Shown: positions 26,542 through 37,392, counted from the first letter of the stretch. The stretch: 64,000 nucleotides of DNA from Candidatus Multivoradales bacterium (GCA_965223855.1 CBDCXM010000009.1:864001-928000); one strand, 5' to 3'. The notes: generated by a model not told the origin, from the letters alone. Numbers and translations are program-made.

Positions 26542-29314
26542 GTCCGCCGGGTCGAGCCCGCCGACGGCGAGCCACTCCCAGAGCTCCTCGTGCCCCTCCG
26601 CGGGGGCGGGTCGGCTGCGCTCGAACAGCCGGTCGGAGAGTTCGAGCAAATCGTCTCCATCGAGCGCGATCGCCGGCGATGCGGGGTCGAACCAGCGCTG
26701 CGGGTCCCGGACCTCGATTGACTTCGGCAGTTGCCAGTGGGTGCCGAAGCCGGTGCGCAAGGCGTCGGGCAGCGGCACGTCGACGAGCTGCAGCGTGTTG
26801 CCGCCGTGCCGGTACCAGCGGCACTGGAGATCGGCCGCCAGCTCGGCGATCAGACCGTCCCCCAGCCGCCGGCGCGCGGCGCCGACTGCGCCGAGACCGC
26901 GGTCCTCGGAGTAGCGGGTCGAGAGGCCGGAGGCCTGGGCGACGAGGACGGTCAGCGGCGGCAGCCGCAGCTCGCCCGGCTTGCGCTCGAGCGCGTCGAG
27001 CTCGGCGCGCAGGGCCAGCAGCAGGCTGATGGCACCGCGATTCTCGATCGCCCCGCCGTCGGTGACGTAGAAGGTCGAGGGCGTCTCGGCTTCGAGTTCG
27101 ACCCGGGCGTTCGAGAAGACGGGCGGGAAGTTGGCGCTCAGCGCCGCTGCTGTCGTGAGCGGCACGGTCGGATCGTGGACCGTCACGTAGTCGAAGTCGT
27201 GGTCCCAGCCCGGCACCGGGGTCGCTGCTGCCTCGGCGGTGAACGAGGCGAGGTTGGTGATCGCGAGACGCCCTCCCGTCCGGGCGAGCGTGGCGCAGCG
27301 CCGTGGCGGCAGGCCCGATTCGAGGCATGCCTCCGTGGCCTCGCCCGGCTCCCGAGCCCCCGTGATCGCGGTGTTGAACAGGACACCGAAGTCGAGGCCG
27401 TCGCCGTCCGGGCAGCCGACGGTGCGGCAGGCGGGCGGTTGGTCGAAGTAGACCCGCCCGAAGCCCTCGTCGAGAAGCGCGCCGAGCCGGGTCCCCTGGA
27501 AGAAGCGGAACTCGCCGACTCCGGCCAGGACGTCGTGGATGAAGGGCGCACCGACAGCGTCGCGGAAGCGCGACCAGGAGTCGTCGCCCACCGGCGCGTC
27601 GAGGAGCGCTCGATGGTGAGCGGCGAAGTAGGCGACGCCGGCGCTGCCGCCGGAGACGCTCGAGGTGAGCACGACGTCGCCGAGCCGATCGCGCTCGTGG
27701 AGCCCGCGCATCATCGAGTAGGCGTAGAGCGCCGCCCGCGTGCCGCCGCCCGAGTAGGCGACGGCGAGCAGGGGCTCGTCGGATGTCCCGGCCGCGGACT
27801 CGGAAAGGCGGGCCGCAAGGTCGAAGCCGGTCGTCTCCACGGTCGGCGCAGGGTCCGCGTCGGCTTGCAGGCTGACGGCCTGATCGAGGTGGAAGAGCCA
27901 CCAACCGCAGCCGCCGAGCACCAGCAGCAGCACGAGGGCGGGAACGGTGACGAACAGGCGCACCTTCGCCTCGAGGGCGGCGAGGGCGAAGGTCACGTCG
28001 TCGTAGGTCGCCCAGTCGAGCGGTCGCCCGGCCCGCTCGACCACGGTGCCGTCCTTGCGCTTCGCATGCTCGGCGGATCGCACGTCGCAGCCGAGCTGCC
28101 GGTGAATGCGCTCGAACGCCTCGAGCGGGCGGTACGACTCGAAGGCCACGTCCTCGCCCTCGCGCGGCGGCTGAATCGCCAGCCAGCGGCCGGCACCATG
28201 GATCTGGAGGCGAACCGAGCGTGCGCCGTCGCGCGTGAAGTCGAGGGACGAGAGGTAGTCGCCTGAAGATCCGTCGGCAGGGGCTCCGTCGGCAGAAGCC
28301 GTGCGTGCCGCCGGAGCCGGCGTCCTTCCCGCCGGCTTCCGGTCGCAGGAACCCGAGCAGCGTCTCGGCGGCGGCGCGTTGCAGCCAGTAGTCGTAGAGC
28401 CAGAGGATCAGGTAGAGGATCGCGAACAGGCTCCAGATCACCCGCTGACTCGCCTGGTCGAGGACGGTGGTGACGTAGTCGACGCCGGCCAGGCGGGTGG
28501 CGGCGAAGACGATCACCAGGAGGGAGACGAGCAGCGGCGCTCCCGTCGCGAGTGCCTGGCGGGCGAGCATGCGGAAGGTGACGAGACGATCGTTGTAGTG
28601 CGTCGCCGCGAGGGCGATCCAGCCGAGGACGAGCGTCGAGGCGGCGATCCAGCCGAGCCAGCGGGCGGGTGCGAGCAGCGAGAAGAAGGCCGGAATCCAC
28701 AGGAAGAGGATCGGCGAGCTCAACGGTACGAGGGCGTACGCGCGGACGACCCGGGCGACGCTGTGAGGACCCTCGCTCGGCGTCACCAGGAGCTGGGTGG
28801 CGGCCAGGTGCGGTGCGAAGGTGCGGCGGAACCGCTCCCGCTCCCCGCCGATCAGCCGTTCGGAGAGCCACCGTCCGGCCGGCATGCCGACGGTGAGGGC
28901 GAAGGCACCGAGCAGCCCGTAGATGTGGCGGTAGGGGACGCCGTCGGCCTCGAGCGCGGCCTCCGGGACGACGAGAAACACCGTCACGGCGAACCCGGCC
29001 AGGAAGAGCCACTGCAGGCGCGGCAGCCAGCGACCCCGCGCCCAGCGGGCGAGGGCGAGGTGCACGCCGAGCGCGGCGACGCAGGCCAGGGCGAGCCCGA
29101 CCCCTCGCCAGCGGAGCATCCCGTAGGCGAGCACGATCAGCACCGGGATCGGCAGCACGAAGGAGAGCCTCGAGTGCCCGCGCACGAAGCCGGCCTCGTG
29201 CAGCGAGGTCCCCTCGATCCGATTGACCCGGAAGTCCCACCAGCGCAGCCGCCGATCCAGCCGTGCCGGGAAGTGGAAGAACCAGTCCCGAATCCGTTGC
29301 CACATGGTCGACAC
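26476..29314 (-). CDS. Polytopic membrane protein with C-terminal patatin/cPLA2-like phospholipase domain, one frameshift near 28300-28345
   Basis: N-terminal multi-TM region in ORF 26498..29314. C-terminal AYSGGGTRAA, SSVSGGS, SANFP and TDGGAIEN in ORF 26476..28149, whose frame is open upstream to about 28310. Confidence 0.75.
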
Positions 29315-29361
29315 CCTCCCCGAAGCCCCCTCGGAAGGTGCGGTCGTGCCCGGGCTGCGCC

Positions 29362-31692
29362 TCAGAACGGGAAGAACACAGGCACCAGGAGCACCAGCAG
29401 CACGAACAGCATCAGAGTCAGCGGCGTGCCGACCTTGAGGTAGTCGGACGACTTGTACCCGCCCGCTCCCATGACGAGGAGATTTGCTTTATGGCTAAAG
29501 GGTGTCATGAAAGCTGCGGATGCGGCGAGGCTCACCCCCATCATCAGAGGGTAGGGGCTGTAGCCGAGCTTGTCCGCCATCTCGAGCACCACCGGCGCCA
29601 GCAGCACCACCGCCGGCGCACCGTCGAGCCCCTGGCTCAGGAGGCTGGCGAGCACGATCAGCGCCGCCAGCACCGCATGGGGGCCGAGCGGCCCGGCGAG
29701 GCTGGTGACGTTGTCGGCGAGGAAGTTGGCCGCCCCGGTGCGCTCCATCGCAAAGCCGACCGGCAGCACGGCGGAGACGAGGAAGATCGCCCGCCACTCG
29801 ATGGCACGGTACGCCTCGCGCATCGTCATCGCGCCGAAGAGCACCGACAGCGAGGCGGCGGTGAACGCGGCGACGTGAATCGGCTGATAGCCGGTGGCGA
29901 CGAGGGCGATCATCAGGATCAACGCACCGAGGGCGTACTTGGCTTTGTGAGTGCGGCGCACCCCCTGATCGGCGTCGGAGAGGACGACGAAGTCGGGCTC
30001 GGAGGCGAGCCGCGTGATCCGGTCGGGGGTACCGTAGAGGAGCAGAGCGTCGCCGGTGCGCAGCGGGATGTGGGCGAAATCGGCATGGATCGGCCGCCCG
30101 TCGCGCCAGATGGCGAGTGCGATCAGGCGGTAGCGGTCGCGGAAGTCGATCTCGGCCAGCGTGCGGCCGTCGAGCGCCGAGCGCGGCGCCACCGTCGCCT
30201 CCACCATCACCAGCTTCTCGGTCTCGAGCTGCGTCTTCTCGCCGCGCGCCGAGAGCTCGACCTCCCCCATCTCGAGCAGCGCGGCGATGCTGTCGGGATT
30301 CGAGGCAAGCAGCAGCCGGTCGTTGGCCTCGATTGTCTCGCCCGGCGAGACGGCGAGCCGGGTGGCGTCGCCGCGTGCGATCCCCGCCACAGTCAGTCCG
30401 GCGAGCTCGCCGAGTCGGCTGTCGGCGATCGAGCCGCCGATGAGCGCCGAACCCTCCGGGACGACGATCACGTAGAGGCCGGTCCCCAGCTCTTCGAGCG
30501 CCGTGAAGCCGACGTCGCTGACGACGAAATCGGACTCTTCGGCGAAGCGCTCCAGAGCGTCGCGCGAGCCGAGTGCGAGCAGCTCGTCGTCGCCTTCGAG
30601 CGGCAGGTCGCCGAGGCGGTCGCGCCTTAGAGAGTCGCCTTGCCTGAGACCGACGACGACGAGTCCGAAGCGGCCGCGGAAGTCGATCTCCTTGAGCGTG
30701 CGGCCGCGAAGCTCGCTGTCGGGAGCGAGGCGGGCGCGGATGCCGCCGACGCCCCCCATGATGTCCGGCAGCTCGTCGAGCGCCGTCGGTCGGACCTGCA
30801 CGTCCTGGAGCCTGAGGAGCTCCGCCAGTCGCTGCGCCTCGCCGTTGACGAACAGCACGTCGCCCCCTCGGAGCTCGGCGTCGGCGGTCGCTTCGATCCG
30901 CTTGCTGCCACGCAGGATGGAGAGCACCTTGACCCCGAGCGTGGTGCCGATGCGGGTCTCGGCGATCGTCTGGCCGCCGAGCGGCGAATCGGGCGGCAGG
31001 CGGATGAAGAACAGCCGCTCCTCGAGCTGGTAGAGCTGGCTCAGGTCGGCGCTGTCGCCGCCGCCGGTGCCGCGCTGCTCGTAGGTCGGCAGCAGTTTGC
31101 GGCCGAGCGTCAGCATGAAGACGACGCCGAGGGCGAGGATCGCCAGCCCGAGCGGCGTGAAGTCGAAGAGCTGGAACGGCTCGAGGCCGCGATCGGCGAG
31201 GATCTGCGCCGCGAGGATGTTGGGCGGTGTGCCGACCAGCGTCGTGGTGCCGCCGAGGATGGCGCCGAACGCGAGCGGCATGAAGAGGCGCGACGGCGCC
31301 AGCCCGGCGCGCGGCCCGAGCGTCGCCACCGCCGGCATCAGCACCGCGGTGGCGGCGATGTTGTTCATGAAGGCCGACAGCACGCCGGCGACCACCATCA
31401 GCACGATCACCAGGCGGATCTCGCTCGAGCCGACGATGCGGTGAATGTGCTTGCCGATGGTGTCGGCGACCCCCGTCTCGAGCAGCGCCGCGCCGACGAT
31501 GAAGACCGACAGCATGGTGATGACCGCCGGCGAGGAGAACCCCTGGAACGCCTCGGCCGGGGTGACGTAGCCGGCGAAGATCAGCACGACGAGACCGAGA
31601 AACGCGGTCAGGTCGACGGCCAGCTTCTCCGTCAGGAACAGATAGACCATGACGGCCAAGAGGGCGAAGAGAGCGCCGATCTGGAGGGTCAC
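29362..31692 (-). CDS. SLC13/CitMHS-family permease with tandem TrkA-C (RCK_C) domains
   Basis: SAFMNN, GGTTTLVGTPPN, four RCK_C repeats, AASAAFMTPFSHKANLLVMGAGGY. TACAAT lies 6 nt before GTG 31692. Confidence 0.92.
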   Translation of the reverse strand: MTLQIGALFALLAVMVYLFLTEKLAVDLTAFLGLVVLIFAGYVTPAEAFQGFSSPAVITMLSVFIVGAALLETGVADTIGKHIHRIVGSSEIRLVIVLMVVAGVLSAFMNNIAATAVLMPAVATLGPRAGLAPSRLFMPLAFGAILGGTTTLVGTPPNILAAQILADRGLEPFQLFDFTPLGLAILALGVVFMLTLGRKLLPTYEQRGTGGGDSADLSQLYQLEERLFFIRLPPDSPLGGQTIAETRIGTTLGVKVLSILRGSKRIEATADAELRGGDVLFVNGEAQRLAELLRLQDVQVRPTALDELPDIMGGVGGIRARLAPDSELRGRTLKEIDFRGRFGLVVVGLRQGDSLRRDRLGDLPLEGDDELLALGSRDALERFAEESDFVVSDVGFTALEELGTGLYVIVVPEGSALIGGSIADSRLGELAGLTVAGIARGDATRLAVSPGETIEANDRLLLASNPDSIAALLEMGEVELSARGEKTQLETEKLVMVEATVAPRSALDGRTLAEIDFRDRYRLIALAIWRDGRPIHADFAHIPLRTGDALLLYGTPDRITRLASEPDFVVLSDADQGVRRTHKAKYALGALILMIALVATGYQPIHVAAFTAASLSVLFGAMTMREAYRAIEWRAIFLVSAVLPVGFAMERTGAANFLADNVTSLAGPLGPHAVLAALIVLASLLSQGLDGAPAVVLLAPVVLEMADKLGYSPYPLMMGVSLAASAAFMTPFSHKANLLVMGAGGYKSSDYLKVGTPLTLMLFVLLVLLVPVFFPF

Positions 31693-31809
31693 CGCGCGAT
31701 TGTAGCTCGCGCTCGAAGGCGCCCCGCGGGAGGGTCGCTCGGATACCATCAGCCAGGGATCGGAGTCGTCTCACGTTCCCCTCCCGTACCCCCTGCAGGA
31801 ACCGCCGCC

Positions 31810-33405
31810 ATGTCTTCCGACGTTCGCCTCGACTACGTCTCGCCGCTGCCGCCGGTGCGCTCGGGAATCGCCGACTACAGCGCCGACCTGCTGCCGGAGC
31901 TCGAGTCGCGCTGCGACCTCCGGGTGGTGAGGGTCGCCGGGCAGCCGGTGTCCGACGAGATGGAGCGCCGCTGGCAGCCGGTCGGGAGCGAGCAGCTCGG
32001 CGAGGACGGTCGGCTCCCGTACTACCAGATGGGCAACAACGAGCATCACGCCGAGGTGTGGAAACTCGCCCACGAGACGCCGGGAGTGGTGACCCTCCAC
32101 GACCTCGTCCTTCACCACCTGCTGATCGAGCTGACGCTGGCCGAGGAGAACTGGGACAGCTACGCCGCGCGGCTCGAGGCCGACCACGGCTGGCTCGGCC
32201 GGGTGGTGGCGAAGGCACGCGAGTGGACCGAGCTCGGGCAGTCGGCGGTGTTCGGGCTGCCGGCCCATCGCACGCTGCTGCGGCGCCAGCGGGGGGTGGT
32301 CGTGCACAGCCGCTGGGCAGCGGGGATGCTGGCGGAGTCCGACCCCGAGCTCGCCGTGCGGGTGGTGCCGATGGGGGTGCCGCTGCCCCAACTCGTCGAT
32401 GCCGCGGCGGCGACCGTCTGGCGAGGGGAGAACGGAATTCCGGAGTCGGTGCCGCTCATCGGCTCGTTCGGCTTCCAGACGCCGATCAAGCGCACCGACA
32501 AGGCGATCCTCGCCCTCGCCGAGCCGCGGCTCGAGGGGGTGCACCTGCTGATCGGCGGCGCGGTCTCGGAGAACCTCGACCTGATGGGGGTCGCCACCTC
32601 GGCGGGGGTGGCCGAGCGGGTGCACTTCCTCGGCTTCCTGCCGTTCCAGCAGTTCGAGACCGCGATCTCGGCGTGCGACCTGTGCCTCAACCTGCGCTAC
32701 CCGACCGCCGGGGAGACCTCGGCCTCGCTGCTGCGGATGCTGGCGCTCGGGCGGCCGGCGATCGTCTCCGACTACGCGCAGTTCGCCGAGCTGCCGGACG
32801 AGGTGGCGGTCAAGGTACCGCTGGGAGACGACGAGGTGCCAGCGCTCGCGGCGGCGGTCGGCGAGCTGCTGGCGGACGCAGCGTGCCTCGAACGGATGGC
32901 GGTCGCCGCTCGCGAGCACGTCGTTGCGGTGCACGATCCGGGGCGCGCGGCGGCGGCGGTGGTGGCGGCCTGTGCGGAGCTCGCGGACCTGGAACCGCCG
33001 GGCGACCGGCCGTTCGTCATGCCGCCGCCGACGAGCTTCCTCTATCGCTCGCTGCCCGGCCGGGTCGAGGTCGAGGGCGCCGAGGCGCCGTGGCCGGTCG
33101 GCGAGCGACGGCGGCTCGCGGTGCGGCTCCACAACGGCTCGATCGCCCGCTGGCTGTCGGCGGAGCACGAGGTCGGCGGCGTGATGATCGACGTCCACTG
33201 GCGCCGCGAGAGCAAGGGCGAGTCGGGCGAGCAGCACTGGTTGAAGCTGCCGCGCGACCTCGAGCCGGGGGAGTCGATCAACCTCGAGATCGAAGTGCGC
33301 CGACCGCTCGAGGACGCCCACCTGCTGGTGGTCGAGCCGCACCTGCGCGAGATCACCGGTTTCAACGCCATCGACGGGCCGTCGTGGATCGGAGAGGTGT
33401 CGTGA
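31810..33405 (+). CDS. Glycosyltransferase family 4 with C-terminal Ig-like domain
   Basis: SPLPPVRSGIADYS, YQMGNNEHH, LHDLVLHH, FGFQTPIKR, NLRYPTAGETSASL. Confidence 0.9.
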   Translation: MSSDVRLDYVSPLPPVRSGIADYSADLLPELESRCDLRVVRVAGQPVSDEMERRWQPVGSEQLGEDGRLPYYQMGNNEHHAEVWKLAHETPGVVTLHDLVLHHLLIELTLAEENWDSYAARLEADHGWLGRVVAKAREWTELGQSAVFGLPAHRTLLRRQRGVVVHSRWAAGMLAESDPELAVRVVPMGVPLPQLVDAAAATVWRGENGIPESVPLIGSFGFQTPIKRTDKAILALAEPRLEGVHLLIGGAVSENLDLMGVATSAGVAERVHFLGFLPFQQFETAISACDLCLNLRYPTAGETSASLLRMLALGRPAIVSDYAQFAELPDEVAVKVPLGDDEVPALAAAVGELLADAACLERMAVAAREHVVAVHDPGRAAAAVVAACAELADLEPPGDRPFVMPPPTSFLYRSLPGRVEVEGAEAPWPVGERRRLAVRLHNGSIARWLSAEHEVGGVMIDVHWRRESKGESGEQHWLKLPRDLEPGESINLEIEVRRPLEDAHLLVVEPHLREITGFNAIDGPSWIGEVS

Positions 33406-34697
33406 GCGAGCGCCCGAGCGATCTCGCCGGCTGGCGCGCTCTGTGGGAGAGCGACGGCCGTTTCCGGGTGGAGCGCGGCCCCGGTCTCAAGGGGTGGGTG
33501 GCGGCGGCGCTGCGACGACTGCTGCGGCCGCTGCTGGCGGCGCCGCTCGCCGATCTGTGGGACCGCCAGCGGGCCTACAACCTGGTCGTCCAGGAACAGC
33601 TCGAGGAGCGCTCGGCGGAGGCGGCGTCGCTCGCCGGACTGCGCGACGCGATCGACGGTCTCGGCGCCGACCTGCAGACGATCCAGAAGGAACTCGGCCG
33701 CGACCTGCGCAAGTCCGAGGCGCAGCTCGAGGAGGCGATCCGCAAGTCGGCGAAGGAGCTTCTCGACTACCTGCAGGCTCACGAGGACCAGATCCAGCGG
33801 ATGCTGCTGCTCGAGCAGGAGGGGTTCGACGAAGTCAAGCGCCACCACGAGGGGGTCTTCACGTTGCTCGAGCAGCGGATCGAGCAGTACCGGCGCTCGG
33901 CGGTCGAGCTGCGGGCGAAGCTGGTGAGCCTGCTGAAGGTGGCCGAAGCGGGAGGGGCACCGGCGCTCGAGGAGGCGGTCGGCGAGCAGGCGTATCTCGA
34001 GCTCGAGCGACGCCATCGCGGCACCGAGGAGGAGATCGTCGGTCGCATCGAGCCGTATCTCGGCTTCTTCCGCCCGCCGTCCCGGTTCGCCGGCAGCGGC
34101 GAGATCCTCGACCTCGGCTGCGGGCGCGGCGAGGCGCTGGCGGTTCTGGGAGAGCGCGGCCTGCCGGCGCGTGGCGTCGACTCGAATGCGGAGATGGTGG
34201 CGCGCTGCCGCGACAAGGGGCTCGAGGCCGAGGTCGGCGACCTGTTCGATGTCCTGCGCGCGGTGCCCGAGGGGAGCCTCGGCGGCGTGATCTCGTTCCA
34301 CGTCATCGAGCATCTGCCCGCGGAACTGCTCGAGCAGCTGGTGCTGCTGTCGTGGAAGGCGCTCGAGCCGGGCGGGGTGCTGGTGGTCGAGACGCCGAGC
34401 CCGCTGTCGGTGGTCGTCGGCGCCCGCAACTTCTGGCTCGACCCGACCCATCAGCGGCCGGTCCATCCCGAGAGCCTGGCGCTGCTGTTCGAGGAGGCAG
34501 GCTTCGAGGCGGTCGAACGCATCGACCGTCAGCCCTTCACGGCTGCCGACCGGTTGCCGGAGCTCGACACCGCCTCGTTCGAGGGCGAGGCGCGGCGGCT
34601 CGCGCACGACGTCAACGCGATCCGCGACCAGCTCGACGGTCTGCTCTACGGCTTCCAGGACTTCGGAATGGTGGGGCGCAAGAGCGCCCCCGCCTGA
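33402..34697 (+). CDS. Class I SAM-dependent methyltransferase with N-terminal coiled coil (glycan capping type)
   Basis: GTGA overlap with the GT gene. Coiled coil, then YLELERRHRG, LDLGCGRGE, FHVIEHL, ETPSP, FWLDPTH. Confidence 0.88.
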   Translation: MSERPSDLAGWRALWESDGRFRVERGPGLKGWVAAALRRLLRPLLAAPLADLWDRQRAYNLVVQEQLEERSAEAASLAGLRDAIDGLGADLQTIQKELGRDLRKSEAQLEEAIRKSAKELLDYLQAHEDQIQRMLLLEQEGFDEVKRHHEGVFTLLEQRIEQYRRSAVELRAKLVSLLKVAEAGGAPALEEAVGEQAYLELERRHRGTEEEIVGRIEPYLGFFRPPSRFAGSGEILDLGCGRGEALAVLGERGLPARGVDSNAEMVARCRDKGLEAEVGDLFDVLRAVPEGSLGGVISFHVIEHLPAELLEQLVLLSWKALEPGGVLVVETPSPLSVVVGARNFWLDPTHQRPVHPESLALLFEEAGFEAVERIDRQPFTAADRLPELDTASFEGEARRLAHDVNAIRDQLDGLLYGFQDFGMVGRKSAPA

Positions 34698-34700
34698 CGA

Positions 34701-36845
34701 ATGCCGCGCTCCCGCATGGCAGCCTCGAGCCGGGCGCTCCTGGTCGCCACCGCCGTCCTCGTGCTGGCGGCGTTCGGCTTCCTCGGCTCGCAGCGCGACG
34801 CGCTCGAGCGGGTCGTCGGCGACGAGGGGACCTTCCTCGCCATGACGCAGAGCCTGGCGCTCGACGGTGACTTCCTCTTCGGCGCGGCGGATCTGGCGCG
34901 GGCCGAAGCGACCGACGAACCGGGGCGCAGAGCGCTGATCCTGCAGCGCGCCGAGGGGCGGCTCAGCTACTCCAAGTCGTGGGTCTACCCGCTGCTGGCG
35001 GCACCTTTCTACCGGCTGGCGGGCGAGGGAGGGGTGGTGTTCTTCAACTTCCTCGCGCTGGCGTTGGCCGGCGCTCTGGCGTGGGGGTTCCTGTGCCGGC
35101 TCGGCTCCCGGCCGTCGGCGAGCTGGACCCTGCTCGTCTTCGTCGGCGCCTCGACGCTGCTGCCGCTGGCGGTCTACCGGATGAGCGATCTGTTGCAGGT
35201 CGCGCTCTCGCTGTCCGGCGGCGTGCTGGCACTGGCCGCCCTGAGGAGCGTGCCCGAGGGCGAGAGCGACTCGCGGCTCCAGCGGCTGCTGGCGAGCCGG
35301 TGGGCGCCGTGGATCGGCGGCGTGCTGCTGGGCCTCCTCGGTGTCGCCCGCTACCCCAACTTCGTGTTCCCCGCCGGAGTGACGCTGGCGCTGGTGGTCG
35401 CCGCCCGTTGGCGGCACGCCCTGGCGGTCGCTGTGGCGACCGCGGCCACGGCCGGAGTCCTTCTCGCAGCCGGTGAGCTGGCGACCGGCGCGGCGGTGCC
35501 GTACAAGGCGGAGCGCGCCACCTTCAACGAGGTCACCGGCTACCCGACGGCGGCCGCCGACGAGGTGGCGAATCGCGGCTTCGTCGAGCGGCGCGCCACC
35601 CAGAGGCTCGGCGCGCAGCCGCTCGTGAGGCCGAGCGTCTCCGCCTACGCGTCGCTCTACTTCTTCCTCGGCCGGCATACCGGGCTGCTGGTCTATTTCC
35701 CGGCGGTCGTCGCGCTGATGATCGCGGCACTCGGATGGCGCGCGCGCCCCGACCGCGTGACCTTCGCCCTCTATGCCACGCTGGCGGCGGCGTTCGTCTT
35801 CTTCGTCGTCTGGATGCCCGAGAACTACTTCGGCGGCGCGACCTTCGTCGGCAACCGCTACGCCGCCAGTCTCTATCCGCTCTTCCTGCTGGCGCTGCCG
35901 CGCCTGCCGGGGAGGCGCGCCCTCGCGGCGAGCGGCCTGCTGGCGGTGGCCGTCTGGGCCTCGGCGGCGGCGTCGGAGCTGGCGGTCGGCGAGCGCGCCC
36001 GCCACAGCCAGACTCACACCTTCGGCGGCCTCTTCCGGCTGTTGCCGTACGAATCGACCGGACGCAACATCGACGGCCGGCAGGACCGCTACTGGTCGGG
36101 CGACTTCGTCCGCTTCCAGGATCCGTTCGCGAAGGTCGGCGAGAGCTCGTGGAAACTCGCCGTCGGCGATCGGCCGAGCGAAGTGATGCTCGCCACGCAG
36201 CACCCGCAGAACAGCTTCGACCTCCTGGTGCACGCTCCGGGCGGAGACGTCGAGCTGGTGTACGGGGACTGGGCGGGCGAGGGGCGCTACCCGGTCGCCG
36301 CTCCAGGCGGACTCGTGCGGGTCGAAACCTCGGAGCCGTGGCGCCGCCACTCGTACTGGTTCCCGCAGTGGGAGATCTACGACACCCGGGTCGTGCGCCT
36401 CGCCGCCGAGGGCGACCAGGAGGGCGAGGTGGAGCTGCGCTACCTCGGCACGACCCTCGACGGCATGGCCACCACGCTCCTTCACGAGGTCGAGATACCG
36501 GCGGCGGTGACGGCGGGATCGACCGTGCCGCTGCACATCCGGGTGAGAAACATGAGCGACTACCCGTGGTACCAGCGCGGCGTCGTGCCGCTGCGCTGGG
36601 TGATTGACCTGCGGCCCGTCGACGGCACCGACCGCGACATCGGGGTGCCGGCGCGCGGGGTCTTCGATCTGCCGCACGACGTGGGCTCGGGAGATCCGGT
36701 GCTCCTCGAAGCGCCCGTCCTGTGGCCGACGGTGCCCGGCGACTACCGGGTGATCGTCGATCTCCAGTACGGCGACCTGATGCGCTTCGAGCAGCGCGCG
36801 GGGGCGCCGATGGTGGAAAGGAAGGTCGTCGTTGGCGCTCCGTAG
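34701..36845 (+). CDS. Polytopic GT-C-like membrane protein with periplasmic C-terminal Ig-like domain
   Basis: GDEGTFLAMTQSLALDGD loop, about 10 TM helices, GRHTGLLVYFP, YFGG..FVGNRY. Confidence 0.65.
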   Translation: MPRSRMAASSRALLVATAVLVLAAFGFLGSQRDALERVVGDEGTFLAMTQSLALDGDFLFGAADLARAEATDEPGRRALILQRAEGRLSYSKSWVYPLLAAPFYRLAGEGGVVFFNFLALALAGALAWGFLCRLGSRPSASWTLLVFVGASTLLPLAVYRMSDLLQVALSLSGGVLALAALRSVPEGESDSRLQRLLASRWAPWIGGVLLGLLGVARYPNFVFPAGVTLALVVAARWRHALAVAVATAATAGVLLAAGELATGAAVPYKAERATFNEVTGYPTAAADEVANRGFVERRATQRLGAQPLVRPSVSAYASLYFFLGRHTGLLVYFPAVVALMIAALGWRARPDRVTFALYATLAAAFVFFVVWMPENYFGGATFVGNRYAASLYPLFLLALPRLPGRRALAASGLLAVAVWASAAASELAVGERARHSQTHTFGGLFRLLPYESTGRNIDGRQDRYWSGDFVRFQDPFAKVGESSWKLAVGDRPSEVMLATQHPQNSFDLLVHAPGGDVELVYGDWAGEGRYPVAAPGGLVRVETSEPWRRHSYWFPQWEIYDTRVVRLAAEGDQEGEVELRYLGTTLDGMATTLLHEVEIPAAVTAGSTVPLHIRVRNMSDYPWYQRGVVPLRWVIDLRPVDGTDRDIGVPARGVFDLPHDVGSGDPVLLEAPVLWPTVPGDYRVIVDLQYGDLMRFEQRAGAPMVERKVVVGAP

Positions 36846-37392
36846 GGCCGCTGCCTTTCTGGTCGGGTGTTGCGCGCTCCTGGCGGACGGGAGCTTCGGC
36901 GAGGAGCGACGCTACTTCACCTCGCCCGAGCATTGGGACGAGCCACGCATGTTCCATCATGCCTTCGACGCCTGGTACGAGTCGCGGCTGGTCGTCGAGC
37001 CGGCACAGAGCGCGGAGGGCGATCTGCGACTGGTCTCTCCGAACGGCGGCTACGCGATCGTCGTCGTCGCGGCGGATTGGGAATCCGAGAATGGTGAGCT
37101 GCAGTCGCGGGCGTTTGTGCCCGACCTGTTGCTACATATCGATCGGGAACTCGAATCTCCTCTGGCGATCCGTCTCCTCGATCGCTATCCGAACTTCTAC
37201 GTTTCGGTGCGTTGGGTGTCGGAGAAGCTCGTTTTCGTGCGCGTGTGGTGGGGCCGGGTACTGGGGACCGACGCGATCCTGGATGTCGAGAGCGGCCGCT
37301 TCGTCTACCGCGAAATGGTCCAGAGCGGCATAGGGGCGTTCCTGCAGCATCAGCATCTGAGAGAGGGTCGGGACGGGTCGGACTCCAACTAG
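36832..37392 (+). CDS. Hypothetical secreted protein
   Basis: Signal-like N-terminus, overlaps the upstream stop, beta-rich (SPNG, WWGRV). Confidence 0.55.
   Translation: MALRRAAAFLVGCCALLADGSFGEERRYFTSPEHWDEPRMFHHAFDAWYESRLVVEPAQSAEGDLRLVSPNGGYAIVVVAADWESENGELQSRAFVPDLLLHIDRELESPLAIRLLDRYPNFYVSVRWVSEKLVFVRVWWGRVLGTDAILDVESGRFVYREMVQSGIGAFLQHQHLREGRDGSDSN

Noticed and set aside
33042-36677. Very long antisense and alternate-frame ORFs (e.g. 1211 aa here; also 29495-32218, 39942-42092, 10429-12606)
   Set aside because: Shadow ORFs expected in high-GC DNA. They have no motifs and lie opposite or over well-supported genes.
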